A stretch of 63,455 nt of DNA, counting the filler, from Octopus bimaculoides (Eukaryota), in NCBI RefSeq assembly GCF_001194135.2. It is 4 parts of 4 records of this genome, joined end to end, with 100 filler letters (N's around TTAATTAATTAA, not from the genome) between each part and the next. Parts side by side here need not be neighbours in the genome. Positions count along the whole stretch, not along the records: positions 1 to 10,607 come from NC_068995.1; positions 10,708 to 23,601 come from NC_068987.1; 2 more parts are not named here. The stretch is one strand, 5' to 3'. The position numbers and the translations under genes were made by a program. The notes beneath the pieces are model-generated. The model did no database searches. It had not been told where the DNA came from and saw nothing but the letters and a program-made list of their open reading frames with translations. Below, piece by piece: positions 1 to 13,139 of the stretch; positions within the stretch are counted from its first letter, which is position 1; each line of letters starts with the position of its first letter.

Positions 1-59
1 ATATATATATATATATATACATACATACATATATATATATACATATACATATATATATC

Positions 60-139
<80 letters not shown>

Positions 140-176
140 AATCTGCGTGTGTGTACATACACATACACACACACAC
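1..176. repeat. (TA)n/(CA)n microsatellites
   Basis: Direct dinucleotide runs. Confidence 0.95.
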
Positions 177-239
177 TGGAACACAGGGTTTTGTTTGTAA
201 TCGGAAGATAGTTACATAAGGAACTTGAGGGCTGCAAAT

Positions 240-900
240 TTACTTTAGTTCCACTTTCACTTTCACTTTCAAGTTTTTGTTTTAAGTTTCACTTTCAATT
301 TCAGTTTTTCAGTCCCACTTTTAGTTTCACTTTCATTTTCCAGTCTCACTTTCATTTTCCAGTTTCACTTTCAGTTCCAGTTTCACTTTCAGTTTCACTA
401 TCGCTTTCATTTCCAGCTTCACTTTCACTTTTCGGTTTCACTTTTAGCTTCACTTTCACTTTTTCAGTTTCACTTTTTACTTTTCACTTTCACTTTTACT
501 TTTCATTTCCACTTTCACTTTCAGTTTCGCTTTCACTCACGGTTTCACTTTTAATTTCACTTTCAGTTTCAACTTCAGCTTTTTTTAACTTTTTTTTTTC
601 GTTATTTTTTTTTTTTACTTTTCACTATTTTTTATTTTTTATTTACTTTTTAGATTTTTTTTTTCATTTTTTTACCTTTTATTTGTTTTTTATATATTTT
701 TTTTGTTTCTTCATTTTTATTTTTTATTTTATTTTTTTAATTATTTTTTAATTTCTATTTTTTAATTTTTTTATTTGTTTTATTTTATTTATATTCTTAT
801 TTTTTCAATTTTTTTATTTCATTTATTTAATTTTTTTTTTTTTAGTTTTTTAGTTTTTGTTATTTATTTTTGTTATTCTTTTTTATTATTTTATTTTTTT
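240..900. repeat. Degenerate (TTTCAC)n hexamer repeat grading into T-rich low-complexity DNA
   Basis: Repeated ttcact/tttcag units at about 240-590, then poly-T-rich sequence to about 900. Confidence 0.9.
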
Positions 901-902
901 AT

Positions 903-1342
903 CTTTCGTTCGTTCGGTATTTCGTTCGTTCTTACTGCGTTATTTCGTTCGTTAGTTCGTACTACGTTCGTTTGTTCGTTCCTTTAATCGTTCGTTCGTT
1001 CGTTCTTTCGTTCGTACTACGTTCGTTCGTCCGTTCGTTCCTTCGTTTGTTTTCACGAAAACTTTTCAAAAATTTTTGACGAAAATTTTGAAAAACTTTT
1101 CAAAAAGTTTTGACGAGAATTTCGTTCGTTCGTTTGTACTACGTTCGTTCGTTCGTTCTTTCGTTCGTTCGTTCTTTCGTTCGTTCGTTCGTTCGTTCGT
1201 TCTTTCGTTCGTTCGTTCTTTCGTTCGTTCGTTCGTACTACGTTCGTTATTTCGTCCGATCGTTCGTTTGTTTGTTTGTTCGGTCTATCATTCGTTCGTT
1301 TGTTCGTTCGTACTACGTTCGTTCTTTCGTTCGTTCGTTCGT
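903..1342. repeat. (TTCG)n tetranucleotide microsatellite with an internal ~70-bp A/T-palindromic insert
   Basis: ttcg units throughout, interrupted at about 1050-1120 by two ~33-bp units (gaaaacttttcaaaaatttttgacgaaaattt). Confidence 0.9.
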
Positions 1343-1641
1343 TGCGCCCAAATTAGAAACAATTATTTCTGTCTTTAAACAATGTCTGTCTCACAAAATG
1401 AATTGACCAAGCTGAGGTGGTTTTCTAATGAAACATCAACTCCAGGTTGGATTGCAGCTGTGTGACTTGTCACTCTCAAAATGGCTCTTATTGATCTCAC
1501 GCCATAAAATATTCAAATTATTATTGGTTATTGAGATTTTCCAGACAGTTTCTGTCATCTCCGTTGATTAAAACAATATTTCCAAAACAGAATCTCTGAC
1601 CACACCTATTTCCCCATTGCCATGTTGATAATAATAATAAT

Positions 1642-1718
<77 letters not shown>

Positions 1719-1759
1719 TAATAATAATAATAATTTGAGAAAATATATATATATATATA

Positions 1760-1872
1760 GCGCAGGAGTGGCTGTGGTAGGTAGCTTGCTTACCAGCCAC
1801 ATGGTTCCGGGTTCATTCCCACTGCGTGGCATCTTGGGCAAGTGTCTTCTACTATAGCCTCGGGCCGACCAA
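1760..1872 (+). mobile_element. tRNA-derived SINE, family B (CORE-like; octopus-type), truncated by gap
   Basis: Head gcgcaggagtggctgtggtaggtagc, B-box ccgggttcattccc, CORE-like cttgggcaagtgtcttctactatagcctcggg; same sequence at 4104, 25045 and 25645. Confidence 0.8.
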
Positions 1873-1883
1873 ANNNNNNNNNN

Positions 1884-1910
1884 AGATAGATAGATAGGTA
1901 GGTAGGTAGG

Positions 1911-1976
<66 letters not shown>

Positions 1977-2007
1977 TGTGTGTTAGTAGGTGTATTTGTA
2001 TGTGTGC

Positions 2008-2082
<75 letters not shown>

Positions 2083-3010
2083 AAGGGAAAGATAAAGATA
2101 GAGGAAGGGAGAGAGAGAGAGGAAGGGAGAGAGAAAGAGATGCGTATGTATGTGTTTGTGTGCATGTGTATATAAACAGACAGATACATGTATAGATGTA
2201 TCTTTACTTGAGACTTAAATTTTGCAAACATAATTAGCTATATTAATACACACACACAGCACACACATACACACCACACACACCCCACGTACACACAAGT
2301 ACTCACACACTGATGCACACACACACTGATGCACACACACACTGATGCACACACACACAGTCACACGCATATTTGCTGTGTAGCTCCACCGAGTACACAC
2401 AGACATATCATACTGGGTGTGTCTGTTTAATTCATCTCGTTCTGCACATTTCTGTCTTACGATTGCTAAGCTAGATACAGCTTCAAATAGTCGAAAGCCT
2501 TACTAAATGCTATAGGATTCAAAACAGCTGCCCTAATTTTAAAACACACACACACACACACACACATAAACACACACATATAAACACACACACATAAACA
2601 CACACACATAAACACACACACATAAACACACACACACGCACACACAAACTCACACATACACACAGGCACATTGGCACTGACAGACGCAGAAATAATGAAT
2701 GTGAGTATATCCATATATACACGCACACATGCATATATACCCGCGCACTTACACACACGCATGCATACACTTACGCACACACACACACAAACACACGCGC
2801 GCACTTGCACACGCACTCACGCATGCACTTACACACACTCACACGTACATAGACGCACGCACTTACACACACACACCTGCACCTACACTCACACGCGTGC
2901 GAACATACACACACGCACACACACACGCACTCAAACGCCCGCACGCACTTAGCCAAACACACACATGCACTTAGACACACATGCTCTTATGTACACACAC
3001 ACACGCAGAT
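1884..3010. repeat. Compound microsatellite field: (GATA)n, (TA)n, (GA)n, (CA)n-rich
   Basis: Direct simple repeats with a short unique spacer at about 2400-2540. Confidence 0.9.
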
Positions 3011-3249
3011 GCACGGATGCGCGAGGTCTCTTTCAAACACATTCGATTCATTCGGCTAAACATTCTTCAAGGTGGTCCCCAGTATGGCCACAGTCCACTG
3101 GCTGAATCAAGTAGAAGACATGTATGTATGCATGTATGTATGTATAATATGTATGTATGTATGTACGTATTGCACAAGAAGCATTTTGTACGATGCACAA
3201 AAGTTCTGTCGATCCTCGGCCACGTAATCACTTCTGACAGAAATTTGGC

Positions 3250-3440
3250 GAGAAGGGGTTAACCACCTGAATTGACCCTTAAAATATCGATTAGTACATA
3301 TTTTTTTTTTTTTTTACTTTTAAATATTACCCCGGATAAAAATAAAAGAGGGGCAAAAGTTGACCTTGGCAGGATTTGAACTCGGAATGTAAAGAGCCGG
3401 AACTGATACATGAAAAGTTTTGTCCGATACTTTGAAGCTG
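3250..3440 (-). mobile_element. Degenerate SINE family A copy
   Basis: Reverse complement of the family A core (gcaaaagttgaccttggcaggatttgaactc). Confidence 0.6.
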
Positions 3441-3957
3441 CAGCAACATTGATTTATGTTATGTTAATGAGAGAGAGAGGGAGAGAGCGATAGAGAGAGA
3501 GAAACATAAGGAGCAGTGGGCAACTTTCTAAGAAGGAGGTGGTGAATATGTACTAAAGGAGCTGAGATGATGTGTGTTCCGAGAGAGAGAGAGAGGATGG
3601 GTGGTGGAGGAGGATGAGTGATTGAGTGATGGGGAATAATTGTGAAAAATTGATAGTGAAAGAATGACGAGAAATATGATTAATGTTGACAAATAAATCA
3701 AATAAAAAAATGTTGTTTATTTATCAATGTATATTACATTCGTGTTTATTATTTGTGTTTGGTATTGGTCGTGTTTGTATATTTGTTTGTGTTTATTATA
3801 TTTAAAAGATGTTTCGTCTGTTTGGCTTATAGGGGTTTCTCTTTTTCTTTTGTATTCTTTTTACTATTTCTTATGTTGCATTTCCCGCCCTCCACCCCGC
3901 TCCCTTTCAGATATGACTTGTAAGCGATATTTTACAAGGTGTACATACACACAGACG

Positions 3958-4099
3958 CGGCGGCGAGTCAGCAGATTCGTTAGCATGGCAGGTAAAATAC
4001 ATATGGTATATTTCGTCCGTCCATCCGCCCGTCTGTCCGTACATTCTGAGTTCGAGTTCCGCCGAGGTCGACTTTACCTTTCGGGTTTCATAAAATAAG
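3958..4099 (+). mobile_element. tRNA-derived SINE family A (Meta-domain-like), 5' part
   Basis: ggcggcgagtcagcagattcgttagc head; ctgagttcgagttccgccgaggtcgacttt B-box and core. Confidence 0.75.
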
Positions 4100-4103
4100 T
4101 CAC

Positions 4104-4428
4104 CGGGAGTGGCTGTGTGGTAAATAGCTTGCTTACCAACCACATGGCTCCGGGTTCAGTCCCACTGCATGTCACCTTGGGCAAGTGTGTTCTACTATAA
4201 GCCTCGGGCCGCCCAAAGCCTTGTAAGTGGGTTTGGTAGACGGAAACTGATAGAAGCCCGTCGTATATATGTATATATATATATATGTATGTGTGTTTGT
4301 GTGTCTGTGTTTGCCCCCCTCCCCCAACATCGATTGACAACCGATGCTGGTGTGTTTACGTCTTCCGTAACTTAGCGGTTCGGCAAAAGAGACTGATAGA
4401 ATAAGTACTAGGCTAACAAAGAATAAGT
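4104..4428 (+). mobile_element. SINE family B, near full length
   Basis: A/B boxes, CORE-like segment, internal (TA)/(TG) spacer, tail gacaaccgatgctggtgtgtttacg...aagaataagt. Confidence 0.85.
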
Positions 4429-5512
4429 GGTATGACATGTGTTACCGAATACTGAAAAATGTAATAGACGAGATGCAACAAAGAAGCACCAACTTTAACT
4501 TCATGTGCCTTTCTTTCGTTATTGATGTACACTTTATATTACGTCATAGCCCTCCATAGACTGCACTGGATCTCTGACCCCGTGTGATCCAGCTACGGTG
4601 AGAGTTTAATGTGATTAACACTTAGAGCCGAAACTTGAACGGTAACATTATAGCCCACGGAGCACATCTAGTCCGGTCTAGGGGCAGCAAAAACGACCTC
4701 AATACCGTTTCGAGACGAAATTTTTTTCTGCATTTTAACGCTAAGGGAAGTAACTCTGAGTGAGTCATTGTCGCAGTGTTGACGCTTCACCCCTACCATG
4801 ACAAAGTTCTTTCTTCTCTGCTATTCCGATCTCTTGAGGGCTTGTTACCACTCACTATATATACATACATTCCCGCACACACATATATGCATGTGTGTGC
4901 ATATATATATATATATATATATANNNNNNNNNNNNNNNNNNNNNNNNNNNNNNNNNNNNNNNNNNNNNNNNNNNNNNNNNNNNNNNNNNNNNNNNNNNNN
5001 NNNNNNNNNNNNNNNNNNNNNNNNNNNNNNNNNNNNNNNNNNNNNNNNNNNNNNNNNNNNNNNNNNNNNNNNNNNNNNNNNNNNNNNNNNNNNNNNNNNN
5101 NNNNNNNNNNNNNNNNNNNNNNNNNNNNNNNNNNNNNNNNNNNNNNNNNNNNNNNNNNNNNNNNNNNNNNNNNNNNNNNNNNNNNNNNNNNNNNNNNNNN
5201 NNNNNNNNNNNNNNNNNNNNNNNNNNNNNNNNNNNNNNNNNNNNNNNNNNNNNNNNNNNNNNNNNNNNNNNNNNNNNNNNNNNNNNNNNNNNNNNNNNNN
5301 NNNNNNNNNNNNNNNNNNNNNNNNNNNNNNNNNNNNNNNNNNNNNNNNNNNNNNNNNNNNNNNNNNNNNNNNNNNNNNNNNNNNNNNNNNNNNNNNNNNN
5401 NNNNNNNNNNNNNNNNNNNNNNNNNNNNNNNNNNNNNNNNNNNNNNNNNNNNNNNNNNNNNNNNNNNNNNNNNNNNNNNNNNNNNNNNNNNNNNNNNNNN
5501 NNNNNNNNNCGC

Positions 5513-5569
<57 letters not shown>

Positions 5570-5707
5570 TATTATTATTATCATTATTATTATTATTATT
5601 ATCATTATTCACTAACTGCTAGGTTCAAACCACTTTGAAAACATATATATAACCTTACTGAACTAAATGTACATGATCAAATGTGTGTCTGTGTTTGTAG
5701 AATGGTG

Positions 5708-5806
<99 letters not shown>

Positions 5807-5857
5807 GTATATTATATATATGCGTGTATATATATATATCCATATATATATATATCC

Positions 5858-5909
<52 letters not shown>

Positions 5910-6230
5910 TTATTTATTCATTTCTAATGTCGTCTAGGTTGTACGGTGTACTCCTGTGTCGCTGTTCACTTTTACTTCACCCCCACTGTCGTCGTCGTCG
6001 TCGTCATCATCATCATCTTCGTCGTCGTCCTAATCGACATCGTCGTCTCGTCGTCATTACGGATGCTGTTATTCAATGATGGTCTGTCCATAAAAAAACT
6101 CGCTAAACCAAGCAGCCATTAAAGAAGTCATCTGGTAATACTTATAACATACACACGAAGACATTCACCCGGTTCATTTAGAACGGATTCTGTTCACTTC
6201 TAGTTCAGACTGAGAGGAAGCAACAGCTGA

Positions 6231-6294
<64 letters not shown>

Positions 6295-7635
6295 NNNNNN
6301 NNNNNNNNNNNNNNNNNNNNNNNNNNNNNNNNNNNNNNNNNNNNNNNNNNNNNNNNNNNNNNNNNNNNNNNNNNNNNNNNNNNNNNNNNNNNNNNNNNNN
6401 NNNNNNNNNNNNNNNNNNNNNNNNNNNNNNNNNNNNNNNNNNNNNNNNNNNNNNNNNNNNNNNNNNNNNNNNNNNNNNNNNNNNNNNNNNNNNNNNNNNN
6501 NNNNNNNNNNNNNNNNNNNNNNNNNNNNNNNNNNNNNNNNNNNNNNNNNNNNNNNNNNNNNNNNNNNNNNNNNNNNNNNNNNNNNNNNNNNNNNNNNNNN
6601 NNNNNNNNNNNNNNNNNNNNNNNNNNNNNNNNNNNNNNNNNNNNNNNNNNNNNNNNNNNNNNNNNNNNNNNNNNNNNNNNNNNNNNNNNNNNNNNNNNNN
6701 NNNNNNNNNNNNNNNNNNNNNNNNNNNNNNNNNNNNNNNNNNNNNNNNNNNNNNNNNNNNNNNNNNNNNNNNNNNNNNNNNNNNNNNNNNNNNNNNNNNN
6801 NNNNNNNNNNNNNNNNNNNNNNNNNNNNNNNNNNNNNNNNNNNNNNNNNNNNNNNNNNNNNNNNNNNNNNNNNNNNNNNNNNNNNNNNNNNNNNNNNNNN
6901 NNNNNNNNNNNNNNNNNNNNNNNNNNNNNNNNNNNNNNNNNNNNNNNNNNNNNNNNNNNNNNNNNNNNNNNNNNNNNNNNNNNNNNNNNNNNNNNNNNNN
7001 NNNNNNNNNNNNNNNNNNNNNNNNNNNNNNNNNNNNNNNNNNNNNNNNNNNNNNNNNNNNNNNNNNNNNNNNNNNNNNNNNNNNNNNNNNNNNNNNNNNN
7101 NNNNNNNNNNNNNNNNNNNNNNNNNNNNNNNNNNNNNNNNNNNNNNNNNNNNNNNNNATATATAGTGCGTGTGTTTATTTGGCAAAAACAAAAAAATAAT
7201 AATAAATAAAATAACCAGCAATATCGGTTTCAACACACGATTTCACATCAGGAATCTTGCAAAACGAATTCAAATACACTTATAAATATACATACGTAAC
7301 ATATATATACATAGGTATGTACATATATATATATATATATATACATATATACATATATATGTATATATTTATATACACACACATATATAAATATATATAT
7401 AGGCAAAAAAACACAGATTCGCATTCTTGATAAACGTTCTATCAGCGAATGCATGGTGTTCACCGAACCAAGCCATGACGGTAGCTGAATAAAAAAAAAT
7501 ATACGATAAAATATTAGCTTCATGAAGACACCATTATTTTGTGTGCCTAACTTCTCTCACGCCACACCGATGCTCATGTAAAGTATGAGGAGGTTATCTG
7601 CTGAACCTTATATATATAATATGATATAATGTATA

Positions 7636-7667
<32 letters not shown>

Positions 7668-8390
7668 NNNNNNNNNNNNNNNNNNNNNNNNNNNNNNNNN
7701 NNNNNNNNNNNNNNNNNNNNNNNNNNNNNNNNNNNNNNNNNNNNNNNNNNNNNNNNNNNNNNNNNNNNNNNNNNNNNNNNNNNNNNNNNNNNNNNNNNNN
7801 NNNNNNNNNNNNNNNNNNNNNNNNNNNNNNNNNNNNNNNNNNNNNNNNNNNNNNNNNNNNNNNNNNNNCATGTCAACACTGTTATTGGGGTGGAGGATGG
7901 AGAGGTATGTGTACGTATGGGGGCGGAGGGATGACAGCAAGGAGCAGAAACAAGAAAAATATTTGTTTAGATGATGTAAAATATATTTATTAGCATTTTT
8001 CAAAATAAAAATAAATAATAATAATAATAATAATAATTATTATTATTATTATTATTATTATTATAATCATCATAAGACGAGTCGTCTCACCGACCCTAAT
8101 CTGTCCTACTCCCCAGAAAATAAATAAATAATTAAATAAATGACATAATACTTACCCCGCTCACCCCCTATACGCACACACGCTATTACATACACACACA
8201 CGCACACATATACACACACACACATGCACACACATACACACCATAGAGAACTAAAATAACCCTGTCCATTGTGATTGAAATAGAAACACCATTTGAAGAA
8301 AACTGATTTATGTGAGGGTAACTAGGTTTATTTCATAATTAAATGCCTTTTCCTTTTTACCCATTACACGCTCACTCCCCACCCACACTC

Positions 8391-8433
<43 letters not shown>

Positions 8434-8618
8434 TGTGTTTATCTCAGATGTGTATGCTTTTCATATCATTATACTTCTGTGTGTATGCGTACGCCTCTCA
8501 TATATGTATATGTATAAGAATGCACATGTGTGTATATATATATATGTATGTGTGTGTGTATGTGTGTATGTGTATATATATGAGTGTATATATGTATGTG
8601 TATATACACATATATATA

Positions 8619-8679
<61 letters not shown>

Positions 8680-9550
8680 NNNNNNNNNNNNNNNNNNNNN
8701 NNNNNNNNNNNNNNNNNNNNNNNNNNNNNNNNNNNNNNNNNNNNNNNNNNNNNNNNNNNNNNNNNNNNNNNNNNNNNNNNNNNNNNNNNNNNNNNNNNNN
8801 NNNNNNNNNNNNNNNNNNNNNNNNNNNNNNNNNNNNNNNNNNNNNNNNNNNNNNNNNNNNNNNNNNNNNNNNNNNNNNNNNNNNNNNNNNNNNNNNNNNN
8901 NNNNNNNNNNNNNNNNNNNNNNNNNNNNNNNNNNNNNNNNNNNNNNNNNNNNNNNNNNNNNNNNNNNNNNNNNNNNNNNNNNNNNNNNNNNNNNNNNNNN
9001 NNNNNNNNNNNNNNNNNNNNNNNNNNNNNNNNNNNNNNNNNNNNNNNNNNNNNNNNNNNNNNNNNNNNNNNNNNNNNNNNNNNNNNNNNNNNNNNNNNNN
9101 NNNNNNNNNNNNNNNNNNNNNNNNNNNNNNNNNNNNNNNNNNNNNNNNNNNNNNNNNNNNNNNNNNNNNNNNNNNNNNNNNNNNNNNNNNNNNNNNNNNN
9201 NNNNNNNNNNNNNNNNNNNNNNNNNNNNNNNNNNNNNNNNNNNNNNNNNNNNNNNNNNNNNNNNNNNNNNNNNNNNNNNNNNNNNNNNNNNNNNNNNNNN
9301 NNNNNNNNNNNNNNNNNNNNNNNNNNNNNNNNNNNNNNNNNNNNNNNNNNNNNNNNNNNNNNNNNNNNNNNNNNNNNNNNNNNNNNNNNNNNNNNNNNNN
9401 NNNNNNNNNNNNTTCGTTTTGAAGACTTTTATAACTAGTAATAAAGAAAATAGAATTTTTGTTGTTCTTGTTCAAGGTTCTTTATTTTTTGGTAATTTAG
9501 TTCAGTGTTGGGGGGGGCAGAATGATTGTAGTTTTTTTTTTTTTTTATAG

Positions 9551-9601
9551 GACTCCACCCACCTCTAAAAAGTTGAAGAAGTCGTTGTTGCTTGGCTTTC
9601 G
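9551..9601 (+). CDS. Candidate 51-nt internal exon (TPPTSKKLKKSLLLGF), gene unknown
   Basis: Poly-T tract and AG at 9549-9550, GTAAGC donor at 9602, length a multiple of 3, one open frame. No homology recognised. Confidence 0.3.
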
Positions 9602-10378
9602 GTAAGCCCTCATATAGTAGATCTATGAGACTATATAGTCGAAGCGGTTCCAACCAGGACGATCTCGTCCATTTGTGTTTTCTATTAATCTGTTTCTCAT
9701 TGCTGGTATGAGCTGGATGAGTCAGATCCCGCGCACTGTCATATCATTTCTTTTAGATACTTTCACACTGGGTACACAAAACAGAAAAGAAATCCTCTAG
9801 CATTAGCTGTTATGTATGTCATGTATGTTTAGCAAGGGTTTATTTATTTATTTATTTATTTATTTATCTATCGATCTATTCATTTATTTATTTATTTTAG
9901 AGATGGATGCTCTTCTTATCACCACCTACTTCAAATAAAACACTGAATGCATTTTCTCCTGCCATCAGCAACAGAGTGCTTATCCTACAGCATAACTGTA
10001 GAATCTCTTCCACAAGGTGGTCCTGGCTGGAGTCCTTTTGATCACGTTATCTTTGCTGTGTATTAAAGAGTTTTTGTCCCCACAAAATATTCTTATTCCT
10101 TATTGGAACATGTGTGAAAATGAGTGTCTATACAAAGCACAAAACAGAGCTCATGGCTTAGTGGTTACGGTGTTTCACTCATGGTCGCGATATCATGGTT
10201 TCAATTCCTAGAACGGGTGCTCCGTTATGTACTTGACCAAGACCCTTCATCTCACAACCTAGGAGAGAAAAAATGTGTGTAGTGGTCAGCGATCTATTCA
10301 GATGAATATGGCACTTGAGATGAGGTACCAGAATTTAGTTCGGTATTATCCATACAATTTCAAAGTAAGGTGATTAAA

Positions 10379-10508
10379 ATCAAAATAAGCAACAAGAATA
10401 TCCAGAGGTAATGCAGTACGATCGTTTCATGCAACTTCATTTAATTAGATGGAGTTGCATGAAACGATCGTACTGCATTACCTCTGGATATCCTTGTCGT
10501 TTATTTTG

Positions 10509-10510
<2 letters not shown>
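10379..10510. repeat. 132-bp near-perfect palindrome (hairpin/MITE-like)
   Basis: atatccagaggtaatgcagtacgatcgtttcatgcaact is mirrored by agttgcatgaaacgatcgtactgcattacctctggatat, with outer arms atcaaaataa/ttattttgat. Confidence 0.9.
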
Positions 10511-10582
<72 letters not shown>

Positions 10583-10607
10583 GTATGATACATACTTATA
10601 TATATAT

Positions 10608-10707
10608 NNNNNNNNNNNNNNNNNNNNNNNNNNNNNNNNNNNNNNNNNNNNTTAATTAATTAANNNNNNNNNNNNNNNNNNNNNNNNNNNNNNNNNNNNN
10701 NNNNNNN
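10608..10707. other. Synthetic scaffold linker N44-TTAATTAATTAA-N44
   Basis: Exactly 44 N, a six-frame stop 12-mer and 44 N; identical at 23602-23701 and 32872-32971. Confidence 0.95.
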
Positions 10708-10724
10708 CGACGCTCTTCCGATCT
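10708..10724 (+). other. Illumina adapter remnant
   Basis: CGACGCTCTTCCGATCT is the 3' end of the Illumina read-1 adapter and sits at a contig edge. Confidence 0.95.
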
Positions 10725-10865
10725 AGAAATTCAAATACTCTAAAATTGTTTACTTGAGTCTGGAGTTGGTCAAAGAATAACTGAATTTTGGAAATGAGTT
10801 AAGATGCTTGCTCACTTGTTTGTTGTTTGGAACGTATACATATGTATGTATGCATGTATGTATTA

Positions 10866-10896
<31 letters not shown>

Positions 10897-11849
10897 CGAC
10901 TGTGTGTGTCTATGTGTGTATGGTTATGTGTGTGTGTGAATGTTTAAATAAAAATGAGTTTTTACTGGGAAGGTTGTCGTTTAAGCAGTTTGGGTGACAT
11001 CTTTGTCTGGAAAGGCCAGGTGTTTATTCATTTCAGTATATATAAAGATACGTCAGCTATTTGTTGATGAATAAAACAAACAACAAACGATTTATGAAAG
11101 TCCTACACGCAGTAATAAATAATGTTTCAAAAATTCGATGAAGAAAGAAAGCACTCAAAGAATATGAGAAATAATAAATATCTCTAACTTCTGACTATTC
11201 TCTTCTTTTATTAATACATACATACATACATACATACATACATGCATACACACACATGCTTACATACATACACACGTACGTACGTACATANNNNNNNNNN
11301 NNNNNNNNNNNNNNNNNNNNNNNNNNNNNNNNNNNNNNNNNNNNNNNNNNNNNNNNNNNNNNNNNNNNNNNNNNNNNNNNNNNNNNNNNNNNNNNNNNNN
11401 NNNNNNNNNNNNNNNNNNNNNNNNNNNNNNNNNNNNNNNNNNNNNNNNNNNNNNNNNNNNNNNNNNNNNNNNNNNNNNNNNNNNNNNNNNNNNNNNNNNN
11501 NNNNNNNNNNNNNNNNNNNNNNNNNNNNNNNNNNNNNNNNNNNNNNNNNNNNNNNNNNNNNNNNNNNNNNNNNNNNNNNNNNNNNNNNNNNNNNNNNNNN
11601 NNNNNNNNNNNNNNNNNNNNNNNNNNNNNNNNNNNNNNNNNNNNNNNNNNNNNNNNNNNNNNNNNNNNNNNNNNNNNNNNNNNNNNNNNNNNNNNNNNNN
11701 NNNNNNNNNNNNNNNNNNNNNNNNNNNNNNNNNNNNNNNNNNNNNNNNNNNNNNNNNNNNNNNNNNNNNNNNNNNNNNNNNNNNNNNNNNNNNNNNNNNN
11801 NNNNNNNNNNNNNNNNNNNNNNNNNNNNNNNNNNNNNNNNNNNNNNNNN

Positions 11850-11892
<43 letters not shown>

Positions 11893-12522
11893 TGTCGATG
11901 TCTGCTCATGACTAAACATATATATTTAGTCATGAGCAGACACAGATATCCTCTCGACTCTCCCACCTAGTGACACATCAAGGGTGGATAACTAGAGGGA
12001 GGTGCAGAAGGAGAGAGTGCACTAGTTCTCGGCTGGTGCTCATTTTCAGAACAGAACGTACCTCCCAGGAATTGAATTGACAACATTATGATCGTGAACC
12101 GCACACCCAAAACAACCAGGCGACGTGTCTTCACCATGTCGATTATCTATATTTACTATTATCTATATTTATCTAATCTATATTTGTCTAATATATTTAT
12201 ATTCATATAATCGATTATCTATATTTACACTTAACCCTTTGCCTGTCCTGTGTATCTCATGTGTATCTCATGTTATGTCACTGCCGACCATGCTTTATAT
12301 GTCATACACATACCCAATTTTTTCAACCATCAGAGTAACTTGGGGCTTATGAAAGAAAAGCTTTATAATACTCAGAACATATGAAATGAGGGCTAGCCAA
12401 ATGTTTGTAAACAAGCTTGGGCATTTAGAGGACAAACTTATGAAAATACTTTGGACAGACAAAGGGTTAACTCAATAGAAATATACTCGTTCTTTTAATA
12501 TCAAAATTTTTTCTTGTGTGTG

Positions 12523-12568
<46 letters not shown>

Positions 12569-13139
12569 AGTGGAGGAATCAATCATAATTTCACAATCTT
12601 CGATTGCACCACCTTTCTTGGATCCGTTGCTGTGAATAATTTATAGATTTAAAATTTTAAAATATAATGATAAAAAAGTATTATTAATCTACAAATTTTC
12701 AATATCTAATATCGGGAAATATTAAACCGGGGGCAGGGTGGGTAGGTATTGGGAATCAGACTGCACATTTTTTCCCAGGAGGTGATTAAATCATCCGTGG
12801 CCCCCTCTTGTCTACAACTATGGTTTTATTCCTCAGATCTAATTCTATTTGAGATTGCGTTGATTGCTAATCAATGAGACATGGATATTTGTGGAGCCAC
12901 ACATGCATAAAGAAGGCATATATATTTAAGTGGAACAATTATCGACAGTTTGTAGTGTTGAAGTGTTTTAATACGAATACTTACAAAGTAAAGGAAATAA
13001 ATATATAACGAAACAACCACGATGAATGTGGTCGAAGAAGTGAAGGTTTGGTCCTAATGAATAGTGTTTGGATTCGATCTTCTCGGTCATGAGTTCAAAT
13101 CTAACTGTACATGTGACTAAATAATAGTTCCTCTTTTAG

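Noticed and set aside
775-1406. RSFV-repeat ORFs
   Set aside because: Translation of the (TTCG)n microsatellite.
7215-7260. Minus-strand CUGAUGU...GAAACCGAU hammerhead-like string
   Set aside because: The core is mutated and neither stem I nor stem II can be built.
9900-10090. Minus-strand HLVEEILQLC segment faintly like a LINE RT N-terminus; plus-strand acceptor at 9900
   Set aside because: Similarity too weak and no consistent open exon.
4776-12000. Long ORFs of 200-380 aa in the track
   Set aside because: They consist of N-runs (X) and microsatellite translations; the same applies at 16367-17287, 29250-29774, 33421-34134, 48800-50876 and 56787-57527.
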